A DNA stretch of 64,000 nucleotides from a virus. Location: positions 32,001 through 96,000 of the IMG/VR virus record IMGVR_UViG_3300046779_001269. One strand, written 5' to 3'. Below are positions 1 through 9,843 of this stretch, in pieces. The stretch's first letter is position 1; every line of letters starts with the position of its first letter. The translations under genes and the position numbers were made by a program. The notes beneath the pieces are model-generated. The model did no database searches and had not been told where the DNA came from. It saw only the letters and a list, made by a program, of their open reading frames with translations.

Positions 1-948
1 AAGAACATCGGTCTTACAGTTCACATAATCGACCATATTCTTAAACCCATAGTCACTGATGTAATACCGTTTCTGTTCAGTTAGACCTTTGGCCTTTTCA
101 ATAGTCTTATTGAATGCTTCACCTTCTTTGGTGCCTTTGAGTGCTGCTTTGGTCAAAGAAATAATTTTCATGGAGATTTTGAGTTTCTTACTAGATGCCT
201 CTTCGTCAACCAGTGGACCAGTAATTGCTTGAACATAATCACGGAGTTCCGAATAGGGTTTACCGTGCATCATAGGCAAAAAGTCTGAGTCTGTCAAGCC
301 TTTGTATCTGATATATGGTTTCATACCATCATACTGAGATACTGTCTTAGAACTTCCGTATAAACTGGTAGTTTCAAACAAACACAGATTCATACCATAC
401 TTCTTGTTCACAATCTCACGGACTTCATGTGAAGTACAGATTGCAGCCAACAGTTTACCACCAAGGTAATTGTAACCGAATGGTTGTGCAGGTACAATCA
501 CAAAACCCATCATTGCAGAGTTATTGAATCGTTTACCCCACTCTGGTTGTTGCGTAAACACTTGTCCAAGCATTTCATTGCGAGGTTTGCAGTTGATTAC
601 AGGTGAACCAAGACGAATGAACCCCACATACTTTCCGGTGGTTTTCTCTTTGACTGCCAACTTAACATTACGACCGACAGGTGCAATGTTTACATGTGAC
701 GATGTAATGTCAAGTAAGGTTTCCCATGTCGATGTTGGTATTTCACACACCTCAAAATCCATGTCTTTTGGATGCATCGTAAAATCTTGGAATAGTTCAT
801 CTTCGATTGGAAATAGTGGGTTAGTTGGAATATCGGCCAGAGAATTTAACTTCTGGTCACGCATGTACTCATCAATACGGTCAAAATTACCAAAGTAATC
901 TTCAAATGCCTTGGCACAATGCAAGGCTTCATCAAAACTCAATTTCAT
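1..948 (-). CDS. DUF4338/DruA-like protein (3' end runs off window)
   Basis: Not in ORF track. ATG at 946-948 overlaps gp41 TGA; open for 316 codons to the edge: MKLSFDEALHCAKAF...VIVPAQPFGYNYLGGKLLAAIC...FETTSLYG...SQYDG. Motifs are shared with 25668..26939. Confidence 0.75.
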   Translation of the reverse strand, partial: MKLSFDEALHCAKAFEDYFGNFDRIDEYMRDQKLNSLADIPTNPLFPIEDELFQDFTMHPKDMDFEVCEIPTSTWETLLDITSSHVNIAPVGRNVKLAVKEKTTGKYVGFIRLGSPVINCKPRNEMLGQVFTQQPEWGKRFNNSAMMGFVIVPAQPFGYNYLGGKLLAAICTSHEVREIVNKKYGMNLCLFETTSLYGSSKTVSQYDGMKPYIRYKGLTDSDFLPMMHGKPYSELRDYVQAITGPLVDEEASSKKLKISMKIISLTKAALKGTKEGEAFNKTIEKAKGLTEQKRYYISDYGFKNMVDYVNCKTDVL

Positions 949-2336
949 ACTTTAAATCCATCAAACGATTTCTTTTGTGGTTTTTCTCTGTTACCAAATG
1001 TATTTAATGGCTTGTCCTGACCAGCGTCAGTCAAACCATCTTGACCTGATTGTTCAATATCATACAGTCTCATCTTTGCTCTGTCAATACCTAGTGTGAA
1101 TCGTTTGTAATAACCTGGGTCATTGTAACGATTCTTCAACTGTTTGACCATAATCTGTCCCATTTCTTCTAGTTCTTCGGATGAAATGAGAGCAAACATC
1201 AAGTCTGCGGTTGCTGGCAAACCAAAAGATTCACTTGTGTCCTCCAACCCAGGATCGGATGAACTATATCCGCTTCGTGTAGTTTGTGTAGCAGAAACGA
1301 CTGGTACTCCGAACTCAACTGCAAGACCTCGCAATTCTTCTGCGATTGCTTTGACATAGGTATAACTATTAATGTTGGCTCCGGCTTTGATTCTAGAGCT
1401 ACAGCAAATATTAAGATAATCAATGAAAATAATATCAGGTACAAAAGACTTTTTAAGGTTAAGTTCATTAAGTAAAGTCCTAAAGTGCGTAGCTGAGGCA
1501 GATGCAGTTGGGTATTCTTTGATGATAAGTTTTCCCACAGTCTTTTCACGGAGTTTTTGAATTCGTTTATCATATAATTCCTTGGACAAATTTGTCAATT
1601 CGTCCATAGTCACATTCAACAAGTTTGCATCTATGCGTTCGGCGATTCTTTCTTCCGACATTTCCATTGTGATATACAAAACATTTTTGCCTTGTGACAT
1701 ACAGCCAGCGGCCACATGACACATAAACAGAGACTTACCCACACCAGTCCCAGCCAAAGCAATGTTAAGTGTTTTAGCAGGTAGTCCACCTTTTGTAATC
1801 TTGTTAAAGAACTCCAAGTCAAATGGGATTCTTTCTTCATGTCTGTGATAGAAGTCGAATCGGTCATCTGAATTCTCCAAATAATCGTGGCCAACTGAAC
1901 TGTCAAAAGATATGGCTAACGCATCCGATAATAATTTTGGGATTGCACCCTTGTCGTTAGTCTTGTCTTTGCCGTCAAGGATAGAAATTGAGCCAAGAAC
2001 AGCATTGTATATTGCTTTTTCTTGGCAGAATTGTTCGGTTTTATCAGTGAGCCAGTCAAGTTTAGACACCTCCGATTTAGATGAAACAATCTCTTTGAGA
2101 TTAGATTCACACTGTTCCACTTCTTCATCTGTGAGATTTCGTTGCTCTTTGATGGCCAATCCAATTGCTTCAATAGTCGGTGTGCTATTGTAGTCCTGAA
2201 CGAACTTGGACACCTCTGTAAATATAGTGCGGTCAACTCTGTCCGTGAAATACTCACTTTTGAGAAAGGGTAGGACTTTGCGTAGGTATTCTTCATTGTA
2301 AATCAGATTCTTTAGAATCGTCTGTTCCAGTTTCAT
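945..2336 (-). CDS. gp41: DnaB-like replicative helicase (T4 gp41)
   Basis: Walker A LAGTGVGKS, IDYLNIC, SATQTTR, KQLKNRY; likely start MKLEQ at 2336. Confidence 0.95.
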   Translation of the reverse strand: MKLEQTILKNLIYNEEYLRKVLPFLKSEYFTDRVDRTIFTEVSKFVQDYNSTPTIEAIGLAIKEQRNLTDEEVEQCESNLKEIVSSKSEVSKLDWLTDKTEQFCQEKAIYNAVLGSISILDGKDKTNDKGAIPKLLSDALAISFDSSVGHDYLENSDDRFDFYHRHEERIPFDLEFFNKITKGGLPAKTLNIALAGTGVGKSLFMCHVAAGCMSQGKNVLYITMEMSEERIAERIDANLLNVTMDELTNLSKELYDKRIQKLREKTVGKLIIKEYPTASASATHFRTLLNELNLKKSFVPDIIFIDYLNICCSSRIKAGANINSYTYVKAIAEELRGLAVEFGVPVVSATQTTRSGYSSSDPGLEDTSESFGLPATADLMFALISSEELEEMGQIMVKQLKNRYNDPGYYKRFTLGIDRAKMRLYDIEQSGQDGLTDAGQDKPLNTFGNREKPQKKSFDGFKV

Positions 2337-2622
2337 CAATAATTTCCTGTTCAATATTGTTGGACATTAATTGTACCAACAGGTCACCAATGTAGTTCTT
2401 AAAGTCGGCATCTTTCTCCAACTTGTTTGGTTTCATAACTGGTGATTCTATCACATCATAAGCAAAAAGTAAATAGACCTGTTCACCTTCTTCTTTAAAT
2501 TTAACTTTACCATATTTGTAAACGGTATCTTTATATGTACCGGTTAAAAACCTGATATGCACACCTTCATTAGAATCTTTCGGATAAATGAAGCAATAAT
2601 CAATACCTTCAATCAACTCCAT
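2293..2622 (-). CDS. hypothetical protein between uvsX and gp41
   Basis: ORF tightly packed between core genes; likely start MELIEG. Confidence 0.7.
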   Translation of the reverse strand: MELIEGIDYCFIYPKDSNEGVHIRFLTGTYKDTVYKYGKVKFKEEGEQVYLLFAYDVIESPVMKPNKLEKDADFKNYIGDLLVQLMSNNIEQEIIDETGTDDSKESDLQ

Positions 2623-3679
2623 TTGTTGTCTCCACATCAAATGTTTCTTCAATATCGTCCGCAAGAATTTCTGTTGATGCTACACGATACTTGCTCTCAA
2701 CAAATTGTTGGAATGATTTGTTCTTTAGGATTGGCAACCAGAATGCTGATGTATTGGTTTCTTTTTCACGGTATTTCTTTTCTTCTACCACACCATCTTC
2801 ATCAACACGCTGATACCAACCATTAGATGGTTTGATTACGTGTTTAGATTCAAGTGCAAGGTCAAGTAAGCCAGACCACTTGCTAATGCCACCGTCATGC
2901 AATACAGTAACAGGGATTTTAGATTTTTCACGGACATATCTTGATTTTTCCACATTGATAACAAAGTTGTAACCAACAATTTCAGTACCTTCTTTTTCTT
3001 GTTGACGACCGATAATGAAAATATTATCAGCAGAGTAATATGAACCAGTACCACCACCAACGATATCTTTGGGGAACATACCGATTTCTTTGTATGTGTG
3101 ATTGACAACAATCATTGGAATGTCTTTCAAAGACAAGTGTGGTGTTACCATACGGAACAAAGACTTCACTTGTTTAGCACGAGACATATCAGCAACTGAT
3201 TTTCCATCCAATGCATCATCAACTTCTTTCTTTGATGCCAAGTTACCAATAGAATCAATAACGATAATCAATCTGTCACCACGTTCGAGATTGGTCAACT
3301 GTGCCATCACATCGAACTTCAACTGCTCAATATCTGTAAGAGGAGTATGCAAAACACGATTTGTATCAATACCGAATGAGTCAAAATAGGACTGAGGAGT
3401 ACCAAACTCAGAATCGTAGAATAAAAGCGCAGCATCTTCATATTTGTCCATGTATGATTTGGCCATCAATAGAGAGAATGCTGTCTTAAAGTGTTTGGAT
3501 GGTCCTGCCCACATTGTAAGACCTGGTGTTAGACCACCATCTAGTTTACCTGACAGTGCAATGTTAACTGCTGGTACTGCCGTTGGAATCATGTCCTTAT
3601 CTGTAAAGAACTTTGATTTGGATAGAATAGCAGATTCTTTGATGCTACTATTCTTTTTAATTTTGTCAAGAATGCTCAT
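2609..3679 (-). CDS. uvsX: RecA-like recombinase UvsX
   Basis: AGPSKHFKT, YDSEFG, IDSIGNLASKKE, VNHTY. Confidence 0.96.
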   Translation of the reverse strand: MSILDKIKKNSSIKESAILSKSKFFTDKDMIPTAVPAVNIALSGKLDGGLTPGLTMWAGPSKHFKTAFSLLMAKSYMDKYEDAALLFYDSEFGTPQSYFDSFGIDTNRVLHTPLTDIEQLKFDVMAQLTNLERGDRLIIVIDSIGNLASKKEVDDALDGKSVADMSRAKQVKSLFRMVTPHLSLKDIPMIVVNHTYKEIGMFPKDIVGGGTGSYYSADNIFIIGRQQEKEGTEIVGYNFVINVEKSRYVREKSKIPVTVLHDGGISKWSGLLDLALESKHVIKPSNGWYQRVDEDGVVEEKKYREKETNTSAFWLPILKNKSFQQFVESKYRVASTEILADDIEETFDVETTNGVD

Positions 3680-4803
3680 TTATTTTCCTTTTCACGAAAC
3701 GAATATGGTTCATCATAGTCATACTTAGGTTCAAGTCTCTTACTTGTTATTGCTGGCATAGTTTCGCCAGTTATTTCATCAAGCACAATTACATTTTCTT
3801 TTTCAATTTCAATGGTATTGTGTTTTGTTTCTTCTTCGGTTAATACTACCTCTTCCACCTTTTCAGGTATGTAAGGCATTGGTTTCAAATTCTCAAAGTG
3901 TTTAAATGGTTGTTTCAGATATGCATGTTTATCTGTATCTTTGGCTGCATCGACCATCAAATCATACATTTCATCTTGTGTGATGTTTACTTCAGGTTCT
4001 GTAACCAGTTCTGTTGGTTGACCTTTCATAAAATCGTCCCAAGTTTTGCTTCGTACAGGTTTTTTCTCTGTCATTGACATATTGGCTGCAATCAATAACA
4101 ATACTGCCAACGGATCAAATACAACCATAATCAACATAATGACAAGGCGAACGGCCTTATCAATAATGTCTGCTTCACCAGAACCGTATACTAGTTCGGC
4201 CACGTATTTAATTGGACCGAAATCGCTTTCCACTTTCTGTAACTCATTCTGTAACGGGAACTTTTCTTCAGTGAGTTGAGAAATTGTTTTCTGGTAGGCT
4301 TCGTTCTCAACCTGTATTCGACTGCGTTCCTTTTGTTGCGACCTTCGTATGACCACGGAGTTAGCGATACCTTTTTCATCGCTGCTGCGGCCCATAGTTT
4401 GGTCGACCATCTCATCCATCTGTTTAATAATCTTGCGGTTATCATCTAAATTTCCTTTTGCAACTCTAATCTTTTCGTCAAGTAATTGCACCTTGGCCGC
4501 CAATGGTGCTGTGTCAGCAGAATGTTCCAAGTGTGCCTTGGACAAATAACCAAAGATACCCATACTGGTAATCAACATCAGAATGACTGATGCTGCCGTT
4601 AGGTATACTCTCATACCGATATGTGCTTGTTTCCAGTTTCTATACAACCAAGATACCGTTACAAGTTTGGCACCTTCAAGTACCGAACCCATAATGATAA
4701 TTGGCCAGAATGAACCTGGAAAGATTGCTGCCAATCCAATAACTGAATAGTAAGCTGCAACACCAGACAAAGCCAGTGCTGTCAGAAATGTTAATAGTGT
4801 CAT
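3676..4803 (-). CDS. membrane protein with coiled coil (several N-terminal TM helices, internal TM, acidic tail)
   Basis: Hydrophobic segments, GIFGYLSKAH, heptad region, VVFDPLAVLLLIA. Confidence 0.7.
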   Translation of the reverse strand: MTLLTFLTALALSGVAAYYSVIGLAAIFPGSFWPIIIMGSVLEGAKLVTVSWLYRNWKQAHIGMRVYLTAASVILMLITSMGIFGYLSKAHLEHSADTAPLAAKVQLLDEKIRVAKGNLDDNRKIIKQMDEMVDQTMGRSSDEKGIANSVVIRRSQQKERSRIQVENEAYQKTISQLTEEKFPLQNELQKVESDFGPIKYVAELVYGSGEADIIDKAVRLVIMLIMVVFDPLAVLLLIAANMSMTEKKPVRSKTWDDFMKGQPTELVTEPEVNITQDEMYDLMVDAAKDTDKHAYLKQPFKHFENLKPMPYIPEKVEEVVLTEEETKHNTIEIEKENVIVLDEITGETMPAITSKRLEPKYDYDEPYSFREKENK

Positions 4804-7334
4804 CCGAAAAAGTCTTCCAAAGAATTAGTTTTTTCTGTTTTCCAACCCATACAGTTTAGAATAACCTTAATTGGTTCCAGAAACGCTTTATCGAATTGTA
4901 CATCATAATCAATAACCTCGTCAAGCCCAAATTCTTTAGGAATTCTGGATGGGAAAGATACCACATCTTCTTTGAAATGATTTGGTAGTTTCAGATAGGT
5001 GAATTTAATCTTTTCACCTTCTTGTATTTTTGGGTATTTCTTTTCCAAACCCATCAGTTTTAGATGGTGGTTATACATGATGGCACCACGCACATGGATT
5101 GGTGTGCCTTTTTTGTACAATGTTACCGAATCGGAATAATTATTTAAGCCATTCAGTCCACGAGGAAAAGATATTTCTTCTGGTGGTAATGTTTTAAATT
5201 CTTTTCTAAATTCGGCAATAAAGTCCTGCACATCAGATTCGGTACCAGTCATCATCAACTTAACAGATTTCCACATCTTTTCACGGATGGCCGATGGTGT
5301 TGAAGATTTAATCATTTCCAAACCCATGACTTTAATCTTAGGTTCGGCATATTGCACACCTTCGTTGTTATACACATTTAGAATATAACGCTTCTTGGCA
5401 GTCCATACACCTTTGTCGGACAAACCTTCTCGTTTCATTTGCATCTTTTGAGCATAAGCGTTAACATATTGAGCAAGTTCAGTGTAAGCCTTATCAATAA
5501 AAGGTTGAAGTTTATCCTCGCAGATTTTATCCATGATGGTGATAATCCGAGAAGTATCAGATTGGTCTTGAACAAACTTGTCCATAAGAGGACCAAGCTT
5601 AAGATAGATTGAGTCAGTATCGGACGCAATAACATAATCAACTCCTTCTGTACCAACCAATTTGTTCATGTATTCATTTATTTTGCCTTCAATCCAACGA
5701 ATCGAGAGTTGGCCTGCTGTAGTGACTCCAAGAGCCATGCGTAGGTCATAAAACCTAAAATACTGGCTTCCCAAAGCACCGTAGGCGGAATTAAGTGATA
5801 CCTTCTTTGCGAGTTGTAGGTTGTCGTATCTTGCGATTCGTTTTTCAATGTCGTATTTTTTGCTTGTGTCTTTTTCATTTTCATACTCCTGTTTTGCCTG
5901 AAGCATCAACTTCTTAAACTTCTTACGGTCTTCGTACATTTCTTCCATCATCTTAGGTAAGAAACCTTGCATGTCGGTACGGAAGAATTGGCCATTTGGT
6001 GTAATGGTCACACCATCCAGATTTGACAAGTCAACGGTCTTAGACAACAATTTATCAACACTTACACCTTGTGAAAGAATATCACGCATTTCTTGTGTGT
6101 AATTTTCTGGTTCAATCAATGTTTCTGGACTGATGTTGTATTGCATCATCAAGTGGGGATACAAACTGTTCAAGTCAAACGATGCAACCCATTTGTGAGC
6201 ACCAACTTGTGGTTCTTTTACATATGCACCTTCAAATGCCGAATCTTTATCCTGCACTTCACGAGGTGGTACAATGATGCCTTTGTTGAACAAATAGGAA
6301 TAAGTCATTGAATCCCACATACGGGTCTGTGCAAACACATCTTCATAGTTACACTTGGTATCATAGGCCAAGGTGAGTGCCAGTTCCAACAACTTCAACT
6401 TATCTTCCAACTTCAAAATCAACTTAACGTCTTTGATGTTGTATTCAATAAATTTCTGATAGTTCAAACGATACAGTTGGTGTAGGTTATCATACTCATC
6501 ATATGAAATCTTACCTTCACCGAGTTCTACTTGTGCAATATTATCCAAACGATAAGATTCTTGTGACTTACCACCTGGCGCATACCATTTGTAGAGTTCA
6601 ATATAATCAAGTGATTCAACACCAACAAAACCATACGCAATCATCTGTCGACCATTAATAATAGTCTTGCGTTCTGTAATGAAATTCCATGGTGACAACT
6701 TCTTGGCCAAATCTTCACCAAGAATTTTACGAAAACGATTTACAAGATAGGGAATATCAAAGAACTTGGTGTTCCAGCCGGTGATAACATCGGGACATTT
6801 TTGAATCCATAGTTCCAAGAATTGTTTGCAAAGTGAATATTCATCTTTACACTTGACATAAATCTCATCACCTTGAGTAACATAATCACCACAACCAAAC
6901 ACATATGTTGCACCGTTCAGATAGGTAATTGCAATGGCTGTAATTGGTTCGTTGGCTTGATATGGATCAGGGAAACCATTTTCTGAACCAACCTCAATAT
7001 CGACAATGCCGATAGAGATTTTTTCCATGTCCCATTCAATCATATCTGGATGTTGGTCTGCAATAAATGCATACGCATATCTGGTGTTGCCGTAAATCTT
7101 AGGCATACCAGGAATACCATCATACTTTTTGAAGAAGTCTTTTGCTTCGTTGATATCGTCAAACTTTTTGCGTTCTAACGGTGTGCCATCCAAAGATTTG
7201 TATTGGGTAGGTTTCTTTGTTGGTATGTATAAAGATGGTGAGTAGTCAATACGCTGTTTGACACGCTTACCATCCATAAAACCACGGTAAAGAATACCAT
7301 TGCCAAAGTTTTGGACATTAGTATAAAAATCCAT
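4800..7334 (-). CDS. gp43: family B DNA polymerase (T4 gp43)
   Basis: Exo DIEV; SFDLNSLYPH, KVSLNSAYG, ASDTDS, KKRY. Confidence 0.97.
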   Translation of the reverse strand: MDFYTNVQNFGNGILYRGFMDGKRVKQRIDYSPSLYIPTKKPTQYKSLDGTPLERKKFDDINEAKDFFKKYDGIPGMPKIYGNTRYAYAFIADQHPDMIEWDMEKISIGIVDIEVGSENGFPDPYQANEPITAIAITYLNGATYVFGCGDYVTQGDEIYVKCKDEYSLCKQFLELWIQKCPDVITGWNTKFFDIPYLVNRFRKILGEDLAKKLSPWNFITERKTIINGRQMIAYGFVGVESLDYIELYKWYAPGGKSQESYRLDNIAQVELGEGKISYDEYDNLHQLYRLNYQKFIEYNIKDVKLILKLEDKLKLLELALTLAYDTKCNYEDVFAQTRMWDSMTYSYLFNKGIIVPPREVQDKDSAFEGAYVKEPQVGAHKWVASFDLNSLYPHLMMQYNISPETLIEPENYTQEMRDILSQGVSVDKLLSKTVDLSNLDGVTITPNGQFFRTDMQGFLPKMMEEMYEDRKKFKKLMLQAKQEYENEKDTSKKYDIEKRIARYDNLQLAKKVSLNSAYGALGSQYFRFYDLRMALGVTTAGQLSIRWIEGKINEYMNKLVGTEGVDYVIASDTDSIYLKLGPLMDKFVQDQSDTSRIITIMDKICEDKLQPFIDKAYTELAQYVNAYAQKMQMKREGLSDKGVWTAKKRYILNVYNNEGVQYAEPKIKVMGLEMIKSSTPSAIREKMWKSVKLMMTGTESDVQDFIAEFRKEFKTLPPEEISFPRGLNGLNNYSDSVTLYKKGTPIHVRGAIMYNHHLKLMGLEKKYPKIQEGEKIKFTYLKLPNHFKEDVVSFPSRIPKEFGLDEVIDYDVQFDKAFLEPIKVILNCMGWKTEKTNSLEDFFG

Positions 7335-7337
7335 TAA

Positions 7338-7643
7338 TTAACCTGTGATGATTTGTGGAGAACCTTCACCGGAGAACATGCGTTTGTATTCTTCAATGAG
7401 TGGTGCGTCTGGTTCATATGAATATACCACATGTAAAGGTTCCAAAACTATTGTCGATACCTTATCCACATTTGTTAGTGCTGGAAATGGTTGAAAACCC
7501 ATGGACGGTTGGCCACCGGCGAGTTGTGAGGGAAACATTCTTAGGGTAACTGATCCGGTCATCTGGATGCGACCTTCTTTTGTGAGGGAGTGTTGACCGA
7601 TGATTTCTTCGCCGGTAACTAGTTTAAGTGCCATGACTTGCAT
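7338..7643 (-). CDS. hypothetical protein (Sm-like-fold candidate, common upstream of gp43 in T4-like phages)
   Basis: ALKLVTGEEIIG N-terminus; position. Confidence 0.6.
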   Translation of the reverse strand: MQVMALKLVTGEEIIGQHSLTKEGRIQMTGSVTLRMFPSQLAGGQPSMGFQPFPALTNVDKVSTIVLEPLHVVYSYEPDAPLIEEYKRMFSGEGSPQIITG

Positions 7644-7663
7644 ATTGATCCTTATCAAAAATT

Positions 7664-7671
7664 CATAAATA
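7664..7671 (+). promoter_or_regulatory. T4-type late promoter (CATAAATA) for the plus-strand operon
   Basis: Same octamer as upstream of gp18; about 87 nt before ATG 7758. Confidence 0.45.
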
Positions 7672-7678
7672 GTAGTAG

Positions 7679-7707
7679 ATTATATATGATTTTGTCTGGA
7701 CATGCAA
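7679..7707 (-). promoter_or_regulatory. sigma70 promoter TTGCAT-17-TATAAT for the gp43 operon
   Basis: Consensus match and spacing. Confidence 0.6.
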
Positions 7708-7757
7708 GATGTCCGTGCGTTGTTTACCATATCTGACAACATCATTTTCCCTGAACC

Positions 7758-8525
7758 ATGGATCCATTCACATTATTTGCGCTTGCAAACGGTGCGGTTT
7801 CGGCTGTAAAAGCCGGTTGCAAGCTGTATAAAGATATTAAAGGTGCGGCCGGTGAGGTCAAAGACGTTCTCAAAGACCTTGATGAACAGTTCAAAAAACT
7901 TCACCCACCGGAAAAACCTGCGACTGTTGAACAAAAGAAACAGTTTATTGAGGAAAAGGAACGAATCAAGAAATTGAATCAATCTGATCCTGGGGATGCC
8001 TACGACCAGATTGCGGAACAACTTTCTGTTTATTTTGAAAATTATGCCAAGTGTATTGCCATCTTTGAACAAGAAGAAGCAAGAGCACAAGAAGTTTATG
8101 ATGGTGAAGCATCAATCGGTAAACGTGCTTTGCAACGGGTTGTTATGCGTAAAAAGTTGGAACATATGGGTGTTGAACTTCGTGAGTTATTAGTTTATCA
8201 ATCGCCACCAGAACTTGGTGCATTGTACAGTGATGTTTCTGCGATGATGGAAAAAATCACCAAAGAACAGACAGCTGCGATTGCTAAAAAAATGAAACAG
8301 GAACAGATTGATGCTGTTAGAAGAAAAAAGAGATTGCAGAGATTAAGAATAGAAATTGCTTGGGGTATAAGTGTTCTTGTTATGGTGGCTACAATTAGTT
8401 TATCGTTTGTAATGGTGGTTGAAGATAGAATCAGAAAATATCCACATCTAGGTGATGGTTGGATTCCAAAGACAGAAGAACAACGCAGAATAGACGCTTT
8501 ACCTAAACGATACATAGGAAGATAA
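7758..8525 (+). CDS. coiled-coil protein with C-terminal TM helix
   Basis: ORF track; helical charged body, IAWGISVLVMVATISLSFVMVV. Confidence 0.75.
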   Translation: MDPFTLFALANGAVSAVKAGCKLYKDIKGAAGEVKDVLKDLDEQFKKLHPPEKPATVEQKKQFIEEKERIKKLNQSDPGDAYDQIAEQLSVYFENYAKCIAIFEQEEARAQEVYDGEASIGKRALQRVVMRKKLEHMGVELRELLVYQSPPELGALYSDVSAMMEKITKEQTAAIAKKMKQEQIDAVRRKKRLQRLRIEIAWGISVLVMVATISLSFVMVVEDRIRKYPHLGDGWIPKTEEQRRIDALPKRYIGR

Positions 8526-8668
8526 TGTTAAAAGAAATAACAGATTGGTTATTAAGGCAAGGTATACTTTTCGCAACACTATTGATTAACTTATTATCCG
8601 CAGGCATCACAGTCTTGTTGTATTTGATAATTGCATTGGCTGTGTCTTGGTGGAATAAAAACACATGA
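8525..8668 (+). CDS. small hydrophobic membrane protein (47 aa)
   Basis: MLKEITDWLLRQGILFATLLINLLSAGITVLLYLIIALAVSWWNKNT; TAATG and ATGA overlaps with both neighbours. Confidence 0.65.
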   Translation: MLKEITDWLLRQGILFATLLINLLSAGITVLLYLIIALAVSWWNKNT

Positions 8669-9306
8669 AAAAACTGATTACATTAATTGCTTTACTGTTG
8701 TCGTTGAATTGTTTTGCAACCGAGATTACTGCCAAAAGTTGGATTGTATCCTCAAACGGACAAACTTTGCGTGGAGAAAATACTACGGAAGTTAGGTCAA
8801 TCGCAAGTATTACAAAACTGGTGACCGTCATGGTCTATGTGGATGCATACAAAAGTGTTACATCCAAAAAGTACCAGGAACTCATCCAACGAACTCTAAT
8901 CTCATCTGACAACCACGCTGCGAATCGTTTGTGTAATGACTACCCAGGTGGTCGGAGTGATTGTATTTTTATGATGAATTTGAAGGCAAGGGAACTAGGT
9001 TTGACCCAGACCAAGTTTGTGGACCCAACCGGACTATCTGTGTTTAATATCAGTAATGCGGAAGAATTAGTTAAGATTGTGGAGGCTGCCAGTAAGTATC
9101 CTGAGATTGTGAAAGCATCCAACACAAAAAATAGAAACACCAATCCTTTGATTGGTAAACATCACTTCACGGTAAGTAAAACTGGATTTATAAATGCTGC
9201 TGGTGGTTGTATCGTTGCAATGACCGACCAGAAAATTGTGGTGATTCTAGGAAGTAAGAACACTCACACTAGAATACCTGAACTAGAAAAGTTATTGAAG
9301 ATATAA
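8665..9306 (+). CDS. secreted D-Ala-D-Ala peptidase, family S11 (PBP7/DacA-like)
   Basis: Signal peptide; SxxK (ASITKL), SxN (SSDN), KTG (SKTGFINAAG). Confidence 0.9.
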   Translation: MKKLITLIALLLSLNCFATEITAKSWIVSSNGQTLRGENTTEVRSIASITKLVTVMVYVDAYKSVTSKKYQELIQRTLISSDNHAANRLCNDYPGGRSDCIFMMNLKARELGLTQTKFVDPTGLSVFNISNAEELVKIVEAASKYPEIVKASNTKNRNTNPLIGKHHFTVSKTGFINAAGGCIVAMTDQKIVVILGSKNTHTRIPELEKLLKI

Positions 9307-9504
9307 TTATTCCGAGAAATCAGGTTTCATAATAACCTTCTCGTCAAATTCTCTTTTGATTCGTTCAAACTCGTCATCTTCAGCACGAGCATCATCTTTT
9401 TGTTGTGGTGTTTTCTTACGAAATATGGCATCATAGTTATCACCAAAAGTTTTTTGGTCTACACTAAATGGCCTTGGACTAGAACCTTTACCACCATCTG
9501 ACAT
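9307..9504 (-). CDS. hypothetical protein
   Basis: MSDGGKGSSPRP...; starts 2 nt after groES stop. Confidence 0.65.
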   Translation of the reverse strand: MSDGGKGSSPRPFSVDQKTFGDNYDAIFRKKTPQQKDDARAEDDEFERIKREFDEKVIMKPDFSE

Positions 9505-9505
9505 A

Positions 9506-9745
9506 TTACTCTCCGTAAATTAGTACAACGTGTTCAATTCTAAGGACATAATGTTCACCAGATTTGATTGCGCCATTCCAATTTAGTAAAACAATATCAC
9601 CAACAGAAACTTCGTCAACATCAGGACCAATTGCAATAACTTTTGCACGGTCTGCTTCTTCTGTGCTTCTGAGTACAATTCCTGAAGCAGTTGTTGTTTC
9701 TGCTGGAATACGTTCTACAATAATCTTGTCATGTAATGGGCGCAT
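9506..9745 (-). CDS. groES: co-chaperonin GroES
   Basis: MRPLHDKIIVERI...TTTASGIVL...VIAIG...VSVGDIV; true start 9745 (upstream in-frame extension is tRNA). Confidence 0.9.
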   Translation of the reverse strand: MRPLHDKIIVERIPAETTTASGIVLRSTEEADRAKVIAIGPDVDEVSVGDIVLLNWNGAIKSGEHYVLRIEHVVLIYGE

Positions 9746-9761
9746 AATGTCCTTAATAAAA

Positions 9762-9838
9762 TGGTTGCAGTGGCTGGACTCGCACCAACGACCTCCGAGG
9801 GTATGAACCTGGTGAGATAGCTTCTTCTCTACACTGCT
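9762..9838 (-). tRNA. tRNA-Met(CAT), probably initiator
   Basis: Cloverleaf, CAT anticodon, A1:A72 mismatch, CCA. Confidence 0.75.
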
Positions 9839-9843
9839 ACAAA

